From the NCBI RefSeq assembly GCF_009914755.1, contig NC_060926.1: a DNA stretch of 64,000 nt. One strand, written 5' to 3'. Each line of letters opens with the position of its first letter. The first letter of the stretch is position 1. The DNA is from the human T2T-CHM13v2.0 reference genome, Homo sapiens. Positions 41,201 to 62,359 of this stretch are shown piece after piece. Position numbers and translations under genes: made by a program. The notes under the pieces are model-generated. The model did not search any database, was not told the DNA's origin, and was given only the letters and a program-made list of their open reading frames with translations.

Positions 41201-42864
41201 GGCTGAAGCTTCCCAAAGAACCAAGACAGTCCAATGGGCCACCCCAACCCTCCAATCATTCATTAACGTACAACAAACGTGCAATGGGCACCTACCATGT
41301 GCCAGGAACACAGGTGGATACAGATAATGGGGAGATTGATAAAACACAGGCTCTCTGTGAAAAGATTTCACAGGCAAGCAGAAGCAGGAGTTAGAAACCA
41401 TTCCTGAATTTTCTGAGTGTTCAGGGAACATTTGATAAAGGGTGCCCTCCATGAGCCCCACCACTGTCCCCAGAACTTGATTCCCCCTAGACCCCACCCC
41501 TTGGTTGCCATCCCTCTGTTTTCAGAAACCCCTGCAGTGGCCATCTGCTAGGACAGCACCACTCCCCCACATCTGTCCATGGGCCCCTCTGTGACCATGG
41601 GAAGAACCAGCCACTAATCTGGAAGTGGCTTCTCCAGAGAACATGGAAGAGGAGATTACAAAACTGTTTCTCCCCTTCCCTTGCCCCACCCACTTTCACA
41701 TTCTGCTCAGGTCCCAGGCCTGGGTACCAGAGAGAGGATCAAAGATAAACCAAGAGGCTCAAAGGCGAGCCCTGAGGAAAATGCGATGTTAGAGGCCAGG
41801 GGTCTAGGATGGGGCAAGGGGGACTCTGCTCAGAGCCTACAAGTCTAAGCCCAAATATGTCCCGAGGCCACAGAGGGAGAAAAAAAAACCCAACAGCTTC
41901 TTGGGTCCCTTTGCTCTGCTTCCTGGAGCCCTGGCAGGAGGAAGAAGGCTCTGCCAGCAGCAAAGGCCATGAAGCCTGACAGAGCCAGAAAAGGAAGAAA
42001 GATAAACCATGCAACATCAAATGAGCAGGAAGCCTCCCTAGATGTGATCTTCACAGGGACAGGAGAATGAAGACAGCACCAACGAGTCCTGGGGAGAGGG
42101 GACTGAGTCATGGAGATCTGTTGGCTCGTTGGCCAGGCTCTCCATCTGGTGAGCTGGGGCCAATGATACATGAGGCTCGGTCCTTCACAGGGTCAGGAGA
42201 CATTGCACTGTCAAGGACTGTCCACAAGGCTCTAGATCCAAGGAGCAGAGCTCAGATTGGTGGGGGGTGGACGGGGAGAAAATAGCACAGGATGTAAAAC
42301 TAGATCAATGTTTCCTGAGGACAAAAGAATGTATCCTTGAGCACCAATGTGCAAATGCTAATCCCAATAATCTCCCAGAAATTGGGAGGGAAAGAGCATC
42401 AGCTCACCGTACTGGGGGCAGCACAGCCTGTTACTGCACATGGAAAGAGGAGGAAGGAGACAAATGAAAAAGCCACAGGCAGGAGAAACCCGGAGAGCAG
42501 GGAAGTGGTCTCGATCTGAAGGGAGCCGGCTGGCCACAGAGAGGGGCTAAGCCCAGACGATGAAACATGAGGACTTACAAAGGACGGCCTGCAGCAGGAC
42601 GGAGGCGACCAGGACCAGCGTCAGGCAGATTAATGCAGCACGGACTGTGGGTGTTTTCCCCGGGACCAGAGATGGACCGGACTTGGGAGGAGGCTCTGTT
42701 GGAAGAAGAAGAAAATGTGTGTTGAAGGAGCAGCAAAGGGCAGGTTTGCACACAGAACACGGAGCAGGTTCTCAGCAGCGATGTGGCTTGCCTCGGGGCC
42801 AGAGGGAGATGTTCTGTTTGTCCACAGTGAAGTGCGCATCAGGGGCCTCCTTCTCCACAGTCAT
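38138..42864 (-). CDS. CD207: CD207 / langerin (CLEC4K); 6 coding exons, 987 nt, 328 aa
   Basis: Exons of 73+117+375+152+119+151 nt join in frame: MTVEKEAPDAHFTVDKQNISLWPREPPPK...EPNNAGNNEHC...WNDAPC...YVPSEP*. Confidence 0.98.
38789..38907 (-). CDS. CD207: CD207 exon 5
   Basis: EFLYKTAGGLIYWIGLTKAGMEGDWSWVDDTPFNKVQSAR; cag|GAG ... AG|gtaagc. Confidence 0.97.
39988..40139 (-). CDS. CD207: CD207 exon 4
   Basis: DILQVVSQGWKYFKGNFYYFSLIPKTWYSAEQFCVSRNSHLTSVTSESEQ; tag|AT ... CAG|gtgagt. Confidence 0.97.
40734..41108 (-). CDS. CD207: CD207 exon 3 (neck)
   Basis: PRFMGTISDVKTNVQLLKGRVDN...MSKLLKRQ; cag|AT ... A|gtaagt; 375 nt. Confidence 0.97.
42579..42695 (-). CDS. CD207: CD207 exon 2 (transmembrane)
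   Basis: PPPKSGPSLVPGKTPTVRAALICLTLVLVASVLLQAVL; aacag|AG ... T|gtaagt. Confidence 0.97.
42792..42864 (-). CDS. CD207: CD207 exon 1 coding part
   Basis: MTVEKEAPDAHFTVDKQNISLWPR then G|gcaagc (GC donor). Confidence 0.95.
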
Positions 42865-42924
42865 CCTGAGTGCTCACCCTTATCCTGGGAGCACAGGTGC
42901 TTCTGGCTGCCTGTCTCTCCAAGG

Positions 42925-42950
42925 GCTCTTATCTAGAGGAAACAGGAAGT
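42925..42950. promoter_or_regulatory. CD207: CD207 proximal promoter: GATAAGA TATA-like element and paired ETS cores (GAGGAAACAGGAAGT)
   Basis: Motifs 60-85 nt upstream of the ATG; function inferred. Confidence 0.5.
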
Positions 42951-44191
42951 CAGTCCCACAGCAGGTCACCATATCATCCCAACTTCCCTATTCCTGACTA
43001 GATACCTTGTCTGGCTTACTCCCATCCTCAGAAGTCTGAGCTTTCAGGAAGAGGCCATTTGTTGTCTTCTCTGGGGGTCTGTTACATGGATACATTAACC
43101 ATCTTGTCCCAAACCTATCCCATTTCTCTTGTAAGACTCTCGTCATCCATCCACCCATCCATTCACCCCACAAATACAGGCTGAGTGCCTTCTAGGTACT
43201 GATGCTCTACCAGGCATAGGGCCACAGTGATGAATAACTCGCAGTCCTTGCACCAAGCAGCTCATAGTCTGGTAGGAAAGACAGACATGAGCAAATAAAT
43301 TGCAAGGTGATGAGCACAAGAGACAAATATGCCCAGTTCAAAGAAGCATATGAAATGGAGTAATGGGAAAAAAAAAAATCCAGTAGAAAGATAAGCATAT
43401 GCCAAAGGATGGAGCATAAGATAGCATGGAGTGCTTGGCAAATTGTAAATAGTTGCAATATTGCTGGAATGTAAAATATACATTCCAACAGGAAGGGGAT
43501 GCACACGGGGTTGAAGAGGCACCTGGGGTCTGATGATGAAGATCCTTCTGATCATGTCAAGGAGCTGGACCTCTGGCTTGTGGGTGACATGGGGCCAATT
43601 AAGGACTTCAGGCAGGAGAGAGACAAGGACAGGGACACTGTAGAAACATCACTCTGATCCTGGTGAGGAGCAGACTGGTGGGGAGAAGCCTGGAAGCAGA
43701 GATACCAAATAGGCAACCATTGCAATAGAATATCCTGCTTCCTGTTATTAATGCATCTTGGCTGATACAATATCCCTTTATAATATGCAACTTGGAGATT
43801 CAAAGTGTAAACCTAAGACTTGGGTTCTCCTCCCTGCTTCCTGCACCATGTGAGATTTTCAAAAAAAGTAGGGGCGCTCAGCAACCTCAGACTAGGAATC
43901 GTTCTGTTTCTCTCTCCTCTCTCTCTGTCCGCACCTCCTCTCTCCTTCTTTGTAGTCCTAAATAGAGAGTTCCATATGTGCAAGAAGCTCAGGGCACAGA
44001 AGAGCTGATTTGGGCTCAATGAAGGACTAAATTTTCTCCTGGGCGGCTTCTCATGCTTTGAAGAAGTCTGCCAAATCTGAGAAATTTGGCACATGGCAGA
44101 CTCTAGACAAATATTTCTTGGAATATAGGAAAGAGGAGAGGAAAGAGGGAGGGAAGGAAAGAAAAAAGAAGGAAATTGGTCCAGATAATTG

Positions 44192-44250
44192 GAGGATGGG
44201 TGAATGGATGAATGGATGGATAGAGGATGCATGGATGGATGTGTGAATGG
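44192..44250. repeat. (TGGA)n-like simple repeat, preceded by a GA-rich tract
   Basis: ggatgggtgaatggatgaatggatggatagaggatgcatggatggatg. Confidence 0.8.
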
Positions 44251-46901
44251 TAAGTGACTTGGAGACTTGATAGCTGATCATGCCACTCAGACATTTACAC
44301 AGTCTGGGGCCTGGGATCTGCCTTCTAGAAGCTGCTGCTTTTTTCCACTGTCTCCAGAAGTTCTCATTCATCTTCAATGCAAAAGCATAAGGGGAAGTGT
44401 GATTTACTCCTTACCCAGGAATGAACAAAAGCTCTGGCCGCAGGAAAAGAAAGCTGTCCTGGGCCTGCTGAGGCTGAGCCAGTGGAGCTGGATGACAGCC
44501 TGTATCAGGGACCAGGATTAGAGGTTAAGTTAACAGGGCCAAGGAAATATCTACCTATGCTTTCAGGGGCTACTGCCACCTTTGGTACTTGGGAGGATAG
44601 TGGCTGCACGCTCAGCCCATGCCTATGTGCAGCTCATTGTAGTTACAGGCCCTTGATGCTCTCTCTCCAGCTAACCGGGCCTCAGGCTGGAGTGGCTTCT
44701 CGGACTGGATGAGGGAACCCAGAGAGGACCCCACACTGGGAAGCTCTGGGAAGGAAACTGGGTAGCAAAGATGGTGTCTCATTTGTTCTGTCCCATCGCT
44801 TCCCTACCCAGCCTGTCTGTAACTTCCAGGCCTGCTGTCTGCTCTAAATTTTAACATTTGATAGTCCCGAATATGAGGGCCTGGCTCCACATCACTGCCT
44901 GCCTCTGGGTGTCCATGAAGATTCCTACTCTCTTCAGGTGGCTCGTGTGGTTGCAGAGCCTTGGTTCCATCAGGGCTTAGACAGGATTAGAATGTTCCAC
45001 TTCTGGACTCTCATGCTTGGGACCCAGCCTAACTCCAGAATCATCTCTGCCCTTCTGCTCCTGGCTCCTGGCCCTTCATCCATAGCCTGTCCTATTTCTG
45101 GGCCTGGGGATAGAGAAGAATCCAAATTACTCAAGACCCTGGTAGAAGGGGCCTTGCAGGGGTCCATGTCTCCTCCTGAGGCATTTGCGGGAAAGAAGCC
45201 GCCACACAGTGTGCCTGGGAAGTGTCTTGTCCATTTCCGCTCGGTCAGGAAGTTGGGTTTTCTCTGCTGGTTTGTGGTATGAGTTATACTTTATAGAGCC
45301 CCCCAGATGCCCTCTCATTGGTCCCAGGAAAGGATGAGGAAGCCTTAGCGGGCTGGGCCCATGGCATAGGAAGGGGCTGGAGCAGGGAGCATTTACTCCA
45401 AGTGATGGAAATGCAGGCTGAGGTAGGTAGAATAGCTACCGCTAGGCGAAAGGCTGTTCCAGCATGAGGAAGCTGAGCAAAGGCATGGAATCCTGGGCTG
45501 TGGGCCTTCTGGGGTTTCAGAGGAGGTGGATGTAAAAGTCCCAAACCATAGGAAGTTTCATTTCCCACTTTGTGGAGAGGGAGGGAGTCAGAAGCCATCT
45601 TCCTATTATCATGCTCATCTACAGGTCTTTCCTGAGCACCTCTCCTGTGCAAACCTCTGGATGCTCTATCTGGCACCTGGCCTGGCAGGAGAAAAGACAG
45701 AGAAGCAGGCAGGTGCCTTGGCCACACTTTCCAGTCAGGAAGGTGGGCAGTTCTCCCGGGCACTCAGACAATGCCCTGCTCTTCCAAACAGAAGAGGAAC
45801 TCTGGCCAGACCTAGTGACCAAAAAAATCACCGCTGTGATGAGAACGGGAAGTCTGTGCTCATTTTTTTAGTTTCTCCTCTTCCTGTGTTCCTGGGGTTC
45901 TAATATTTTCTCTGGATAAGGATGGAGGAAGAAAACAGCTTGGTCACTTTTTCCCTTTCTCTGGTTGAGACTATGGTTGGGCCCAGCCTTATGCTTGGAG
46001 GAGAACCATGGGTTTAATCAACAAGACTGGAACAGAGACCTGGGTTGTATGAAATGCTCCAGCAGTGCCAAGAGTCATCTCCAGGGAGGAGTCACCCAAG
46101 TCCCTCAGTCAAGTCATGGAGGAAAGTAGAGTGAACACCAAATTGCGGAGTGGGGACAGGGAAGGAGAAGAGAGGGAGGAGGGGAGAATGACTCTGAAAT
46201 GAGAGGAGATTACAGCTGGTCACACCTGGCTTACATAGGGACTCCTGTGATGTGATGCGGGATTTGGCCCACAGCCTCCAAAAAATCAAGGGATTCCATG
46301 CCACCCTCCGGACATGCGCCCTGGGCACAGGGGATAGGGCAGAGAAACCAAGGAGCATAGGTGGCACCATTCACTCCTCTAGTCCTGCTGTGCACTAGGT
46401 ACCAGGACACAGCAAGGAAAAAGACAACCACAGACCCTGCCCTCAGGAATGGTTTTCCTATTGTTGAAAAAATATGACATCCTTAATGCTGGGGAGAAGG
46501 GAAGGCTCTCCCGAGACTAAAAATGACTGACGACACTATAGGGGCCTTCCCAGGTCTCCTTGGACCCTGATAACGGGTTCCTCTTTTATGACATTATATG
46601 AGGACAGGTCTCTTTGGAACAGTGACAATAAGCCAGACCCTACTGATCAGGGTATTTCACCCAGTGCCATCATAAATAGTGTGATATGTAAATAGGCTGG
46701 CAACCTAGCCACATGGAAGAGCTGCTGTGTACCCGGCAGAGGAGGCTGCCCCAGACTACGTCATAAGTCAAAGAACTCATGCCTATAGCCTCAGTGGGAA
46801 GGGCAAATCTATGTCAGGAAAGTAATGAAAGGCTTTTGGGAAAAAAAATGTGCATAGTTTCTTTTTAAATCTTTTATTTATTATATAATTAATGATAATT
46901 A

Positions 46902-47348
<447 letters not shown>

Positions 47349-47408
47349 TCATAACTATGCATATATTATATACATATTCACAACACAATTCCTGCTTATT
47401 TTCCCTAG

Positions 47409-47828
<420 letters not shown>

Positions 47829-49285
47829 CTAGATACCCGCAGGTGTAGGAGTGACAACTTGCAATGATGGGTGCCCAGGGTTTGGGTAGGAAGGTAGCTC
47901 TCCTCTCTCCCTAAACTGAGGGACCTAAAGATATGACTATAGGGCAGCTAGTAACCAGTTCCTCTGTCATGTGGAAGACCCCAGTAGAATAAGACCAGCA
48001 CAGAGACAGAAGCTGTAACAAAAAATGAAGAGACAGAAAGTGAGTCCTGGTGCCTTTGAGTGCTGGATCCTGTTGAACTTGAGTTCCATTCCCCACAGAC
48101 ACTGTGTTTCTTGGTTTGGTTATGTGAACACAAAAATGAAAATCTCTTATTTTCATTTGAATTTAATTGGATGAGTTTCTGTTTCTTGCAACCAAAGAGT
48201 CCTGTCCAATGCGTTATGTAAGCATATACATTTTTTTTTACAAAACTAGACTTATACCCTATAGTGTGTAAGTTTTTTTTGTGTAATAATATATTATGGA
48301 TAACCTTAAAATCAAACTTACATCTGCATAATAACTTTTATTTTTATTTCATGCTCTATTGTAACTTCATTTTCACTTTTTATATTTGATACATTTGGAT
48401 TTCATGATTTTCCATTTTTTTCTTATCTCTTATGGTTTTGTTCAAGTATTCCATGATTTTAGAAAGGAATCTAACTTATCCATTTCTAAATGGGTAGCCT
48501 GCTGTCCAGATACCATTTTTTAAAACCATGCATAATTTTATCTCTGATTATGAAGTACCATCTTCATCATGTGTTTCATAATATGTTTGAGTTTGTTTCA
48601 TATCTTTAAAGGTCTGTTTCTGGACTTTCTGTTGTGTTCCATTTGTCTTTCTATTGATATAACAAAACTCTACAATATTAATTAGTATAGCTTTATAATA
48701 AAGGCCCTATCTCCAGACACAGTCATATTGAGGATTAGGGATTCAACATGTAAATGAACAGAAAACACAATTCAATCCATAACAGAGCTCATAGAACAGA
48801 CTAGCAGAAAAATATAACCCGTAATAAGGATAAAAACCAATCTACTGAAACGAACCCAGAAATGATACAGATGTTAGAATTTCCAGACAAGGACATTACA
48901 ATAGACATTATAACTGTGTTTCTTGTGTTCAAACAGTTAAATAGAGACATGAAACATTTAATAGATACAAATTGAACTTATAATGACTGAAAAAACTACA
49001 ATGCCTGGTATGAAAAATACACTGAAAGGGATTAATGGCAGGTTATAAATTGTAGAAGAAAAGATCAATGAAGTTGAAGATATGCCAATAGAAACTATGC
49101 AAAATGAAGCTCAGAGAGAAAAAATAACAGAACATCAGGAAGTCTGAGACAACTTCATGCAATTTAATATACGTGGATTTGAAGTCCTCAAAGCGGGTGG
49201 AGAGGGACAGAAAACATATTCAAAGAAACAATGGTCAAAATGTTTCCAAGTTTAAGAGCTATTTATTTATATAATAACATGGATG

Positions 49286-55406
<6,121 letters not shown>

Positions 55407-55689
55407 AACATAGATGAATGCATTTTACTATGTGAAATAAGCCAGACCCAACAGACAACACATTATGTGATTCCATTCATATGACACCCGAAAAAGGAAA
55501 AACTGGAAGGATGGAAACTGATTAGTGGTTGACAAGAGCTGACAGAAAGAGAAGTGGTTGCTAAAAAGTAGATGCACAAGGGAACCTTAAGGGTGATGGA
55601 ATGCCTTGCATGGTACTGTGTTGGTGTACATCACTCTATGCATTTGTCAAAACCCACAGAACTCTACATAACAAAGAGTGAAATTTCAA

Positions 55690-56478
55690 AAGTAAGAAAA
55701 GGACATGAACAGACACTTCTCAAAAGGAGATGTACAAATGGCCAATAAACATAAAAATGCTCAACATCATTAATCATCATAGAAGTGCAAATTAAAACCA
55801 CATCTCACAGCAGTCAGAATGGTTATTACTAAAAAGTCAAAAAATAATAGATATTGGTGAGGGTGCAGAGAAAAGGGAACACTTATACACTGTTGGTAAG
55901 AATGTAAATTAGTTTAGCCCCTGTGGAAAGCAGTATGGAGATTTCTCAAATAACTAAAAGTAGAACTACCATTTGGTCCAGCAATCCCACTGCTGGGATT
56001 CTACCCAAAGGAAAGGAAATCACTCTACCAAAAAGACACCTACACTTGTATGTTTATTGCAGCACTATTCACAATAGCAAAGTCATGGAATCAACCTAGG
56101 CGCCCATCAATGGTGGACTGAATAAAGAAAAAATGATATATATACACCACGGAATACTGTGCAGCCATTAAAAAGAATGAAATCGTGTCCTTTGCAGCAA
56201 CATGAAAGCAGCTGGAGGCCATTAACCTAACTAAGTGAATTAATACAGAAAGAAGAAACCAAATGTTCTCACTTATAAGTGGGAGCTAAACAATGCGTAC
56301 TCACAGACATAAGATGAAAACTAAGTGGGAGCTAAACAATGCGTACTCACAGACATAAGATGAAAACAATAGATACTGAGGACTCCAAAAGTGGGGAGGG
56401 AGGGGGACAAAGGTTGGAAAACTACCTATCGAATACTATGTTCACTATTTGGGTAATAGGCTCAATAGTAGCCCAGGC
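55690..56478 (+). mobile_element. Older L1 (L1PB/L1MA-like) 3' fragment
   Basis: ORF2 C-terminal-like and 3'UTR sequence (ggacatgaacagacacttctcaaaag.., ttctcacttataagtgggagctaaac). Confidence 0.75.
56276..56367. repeat. Perfect 46-bp tandem duplication
   Basis: TAAGTGGGAGCTAAACAATGCGTACTCACAGACATAAGATGAAAAC x2. Confidence 0.95.
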
Positions 56479-56799
56479 TCTTCTCTCTCTCTGTCTCTCT
56501 CTTTTGTTGTTGTTGTTGTTGTTAATAGAGAAACAGGGTCTCACCATGTTGCCCAGGCTGGAGTGCAGTGGGTATTCACAGGTGCAATCAGTGCACTACA
56601 CAGGCCAGAACTCCTAGGCTCAAGTGATCCTCCTGCCTCAGCCTCTGAGCAGCTGAGACTACACATGCATGACACTGCACCTGGTGTAGGCTCTTCTTTG
56701 AAGGAGAATCTGGAAATTACATCTCCATGTCCACTACATAGGATAGTTGATCCTGACATTTGAAGGAAGAAAGTTCACTGACACAGAAATAGGGTATAG

Positions 56800-57056
56800 T
56801 AGGTAGTCTCAATGATCCCTGCCTTCATTTCCTGTGAGCTTGGAATCATGACCTTCCTCCACAAATCAAGTCTTCAGATGGGACCACAGCCCCAGCCAAT
56901 AGTTTGACTGTAATCTCATAAGAGACCTTGAGCTTGATGCACCCAGCTAAGCTGCACCTGGATACCTGCCCACAAAAACTGAGATGATAAATATCTGTTG
57001 TTTAAAACCACTAAGTTTTAGGGTAATTTGTTATGCAGCAATAAATTACTAACACA
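56800..57056 (+). mobile_element. MLT1-like MaLR LTR fragment
   Basis: Typical MLT1 3' end ..ccactaagttttagggtaatttgttatgcagcaataaattactaacaca. Confidence 0.7.
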
Positions 57057-57470
57057 GGGGGCAGGGAGGGTTATGAATAGGACCCAAGCAATGTATATCT
57101 CATATCTACCTATTTCAGCCTGCAAAGCTTGGAATTCTGGAGCTCTTAACAAACAGGATGATCAATAGGCTAAGCTCCCTCAGATGTGAAGGTTTGGTTC
57201 ACCCTATCAAGTAAAGGACCCAGATAGCTGATGTGCTAACTAAAGGGAAAAGGAAAAAAGAATAAATGAATAATCACGGAGGGAAGTCATATGGCTTCAT
57301 GAACATAGCAGAAACAAGAACTAAAAGGACTACCTGCATTTCTTCCTTTCTGTATTATATATATTTTTATATTTTTAATTTCATTTTGCTTTTCTTTCTT
57401 CTCTCTCTCATTTACCATTGGATATAACTGTTCAAATATCCAAATGGAATAATAACAGAACTAGAGGAGG

Positions 57471-57760
57471 GGCTGGGCACAGTGGCTCGTGCCTGTAATC
57501 CCAGCACTTTGGGAGGCCGAGGCGGGTGATCACCTGAGGTCAGGAGTTCGAGACCAGCCTGGCCAACATGGTGAAACTCCGTCTCTACTAAAAATACAAA
57601 AATTAGCTGGGTGTGGTGGTGGGTGCCTGTAATCCCAGCTACTCGGAGGTTGAGGCAGGAGAATCTCTTGAACCTGGGAGGCGGAGGTTGCCGTGAGCCA
57701 AGATTGCACCACTGCACTCCAGCCTGGGTGACAGAGGGAGACTCCATCTCAAAGAAAAAG
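57471..57760 (+). mobile_element. Alu (AluSx/Sq-like)
   Basis: Alu consensus. Confidence 0.88.
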
Positions 57761-58303
57761 AGGAGGAAAATCAGTCGTTCAGTAATCCTAGACTTAAAGC
57801 TGGATGCAATAACTTAAAAGACAGTGTGGCGGCGGGGGGTGCCTGCTCTTAGAAAGAGCGTATGTTTTCTGTTGGGTAAGATACAACTGCTCCAGATCAG
57901 GTGACAACAGCTTGAGGAAATGTCAGCACAAGGAAAAGTATGTGTATGGGTATTGGGCTGTAAAGATAGTTGTCTTTTTGGCCTGTCCAGAATACCCTTA
58001 CTGATAAAGATGAATCTCAAAAATCTATGGTAGGCAGGACCCCCAACTCCCAGTGAGAAGACAAAAAGAGTTGTTTCTTCTTTCTAACTGCCTGGCAGCT
58101 GGATCTCAGGCATATTGTCCAGGCTCAGGCAGTCAGACGCCACCATCTGTGTGATTGAGACAATAATGCACTCTTTCTTTGGTTCTGCCTCGTTTTCAAG
58201 TCTTCCCATTGAATCTGAGAGCAAATGGCCACCCTCTGAATAAATTCCCTTTATGCTTAAGTTATGCAGACATAGGCTTGTTGTTTCCAATAGAGAACAC
58301 TGT

Positions 58304-58740
<437 letters not shown>

Positions 58741-60293
58741 CTAAATAAGTTGGTGAAATATTTCATACTGTCTACTTTTTTTTTGAGAATCATATTAAAG
58801 TTCCTGAGAAGTCCTGTGTTAAATATGTTTAACATTTTTATACCGGGGTTTCGGTATCATTTTGCTTTCACACTCTCTTCACAGATGACACTTCTCACTC
58901 TGAGAAACACTGGCCTGAATTCAAGAAAGGACGATTCAGAGAGACTGAAGTTCTCTCTGATTTCCCAGTTCTAGTTTGCTCTGTGAGATCTTGCCACTTC
59001 CCCAGATGAATCACACAAAGAATCACCACCCCCTTCACAGGAAGCCATGCTCCCCACAGAATATCATCACCCTTCTATTGAGTACTCTCTACCTTCCCCA
59101 TTACGTTCAGATGCTTCCTCAGACATTTATAAAGTGTTCTATTCTGGGGTCTGTTTAGGGCTCTCTATTCTGTTTCACTGGTCTTCAAATTATCTTGATA
59201 TCACTAAACTAATAGCTGCTTTATAAAACATCTTAAAATATGGCAGGCCTCCTTCTTAACCTTTTCTTAATTAAAATTTTCTTTGCCATTTTTAACTTGC
59301 TCTTTCAAATTACCCTTTGGCAAGTCCTATTGGGATTTTAAGTGGAGTTTTAGTAAAGCTGTAAAATAACTTAGGGAGAGTTGATGTCTTTAGGATAGTT
59401 TTTATATCCACCTGCATGTGGTGTTTCTCTATTTCATTTATACCTGTCGGTCAAACTTGTTTTGGTTTTCTTCTTGTGAGCACCAACCTTTTGTTTGAAG
59501 GGAAGAAGACAACATTATTATTTGTAGATGATATGATTTTTTTACCTAAACCTGGAAGAGTTATTTAAATTGATGAGGGTTAATCTTCATATAGACAAAA
59601 ATAATCCACATTAATAACTTTCCTATATACCAAAACCAGCTCATTAGAAATGGTGGATATGCAGAGAAATTGGGGGGCTTCATATATATTTAGGAACAGA
59701 ATTAACAAGACTTGGTAATGGGCTTGGTGTAGAGGATGTTGGGGTGGAAGCGTCAGTGAAATATTTCAGAATTTGCCCCACTGTCACCCTGCGAGGGAAG
59801 ACCATGTTGGATTATACATTCACCTTTCCATCCTAAAACCCAAATTTCTGCTTCTTGATGACACTTCTCAAGGTTTTTGACATTCCTGGTTTCAGGACTG
59901 CTGGTATGGTCTTAGCTACTTCATTCTTTTCATTTTGGTTAGCTAGTCAGCTCCTACCCCACCATTGTTCCCAGAAATCTGCCTGTAGGATTCTCTGCAG
60001 CTATTTTGCATCACTCTTCTCTGGTTGTTTTGATAAAGTGGGAAGAAAGATCCTCTGTGGGAGTTACAAAGAGGAACTGAAAAGAGGAGTGAAGATTTAG
60101 AACAATAGTAAAGGATAACAGAAGAGGAAACTCACTAAAGGCAAAGAAATGGGTGGGCAGCTCAGAGACTGCTTATTCATGGTGGTCTGTAAATGTCAAA
60201 GGCTCTCAGACACACATGGAGGTAGGCAAGGGAAATGCCAAAGCTCCCTTTCTGGGCTCACTTAAAACCTTGCAAGTTATAACCGCAGAAAAG

Positions 60294-60324
<31 letters not shown>

Positions 60325-60380
60325 TTATATTTATATAAAAATATATATAAAAGAAAATATATATGTGTATATATATAAAT
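60294..60380. repeat. (TA)n / AT-rich simple repeat
   Basis: atatatatatatatatatatatttatatatttatat.. Confidence 0.9.
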
Positions 60381-60520
60381 GTAAATATTGCTATAAAGGA
60401 ATCAAATTATTGAGAAACACACCAATCAGAATTACAGACTTTTAGGGTTAAAGGTTACCGTTTACAGTACATAACAACAATCTCTGAAGTCCAGACATCT
60501 TAAAAGACTCCTTTGTAACT

Positions 60521-61069
<549 letters not shown>

Positions 61070-62359
61070 TCAATATGAAAAGTAAAAGAGTAGAAAATAA
61101 TTTTAAACAAATGGAATACGCAATTGTTCATTGGTGTTTAAAATTGGCCTCTTAGGTTTAGACACAAAACTCTGATTTGAATTTTTGCCAGTTATCATTG
61201 TGTAAATATCCCCACAATAGCTGATTTCAACTTGGCACGATGTCACCAAACACGGTTGTGAAGAGAGGCCCACAATAGGCTCCCGTAAGCCTGTAAAGGA
61301 CAATGCCAGGGCACCACTGTTTTCCTCCCATGGCCAAGATCTATCCAAGTGTGTGGTTTTCCCCCAGCCTTGCTCTCCAGAAAGGAGAAGAGAGGGGTTT
61401 GCCTATAGGTTTGGGATGGAAGGACAGAGATACTAGGAGTATGACACTGTTAAATGCTACCCAGGAGACCCAGAGTAGGGAAAAGATGCAAAGGCCCCAG
61501 TATAAAATGGAAGGAATGAGCCCCAGCCCCTTAGAGGAGTCTCCGTTCTGAGAACTTATCTGTCGATTTCCACCAACTTCCGCCAACAACCTGCTGTGGC
61601 TTTTAAGTTCTGTCTGTAGACTCCAAAATGAACTGTTCCTCTTCCCTGGCCACGAGAGGCCTGGCTGCCCTCATGCCACAACTCCCTGATGTGGGCATGG
61701 CTCCTTTACGTGATTGTGGCCTATGGTCAGTTTCTCAGGAGTGGGTGATTGATAGGGAAAGCTCTGGTGCTTTCCCTGGAGCAAGAACCACCAGGATCAC
61801 AAAGGCCTCATGTTTGGCCACCAGCTACCTCCCTACAAGGAACAAAAACCCTTTCCATGAGTGTAACAACTCCAGGGACCCGAGGACATTTCCTGGGTAT
61901 GTGGGGAGAAATTAGATGAATAACAGCAGAGTAAAACATAAACCTGATCCCACTAGTCCTTTGCTTCAAAAGAGTCTCATTACCCTTAAAAGAAAAGAAA
62001 AATATCCTGATCATCTAACAAAACCCTTTGGGATCTGGAGCCTATCTTCACATTCCCATCTCTCACCACTCTCCTCACTGGCTTTCTTTATGTTTGGAAA
62101 TATGCCAAGCCCATTTCTTCACAGGCCCTTTGCACTTGTGAATGTATATATGTAGGTATGTATGTATTTACATACATGTACATATATCTTTTCTTAGTGA
62201 ACCACTTGAAAGTAAATTGCAGCATTTCAGCGTTATTTGATATTTCAGCCCTTACCTAAAAACAAACAAGGACATTCTCCCCCCATAATCCTAATACAAT
62301 TACCACACCCAAGGAATTTAATGTGGATAAAATATCAAAGCCGTTATAAAAATTTACAG

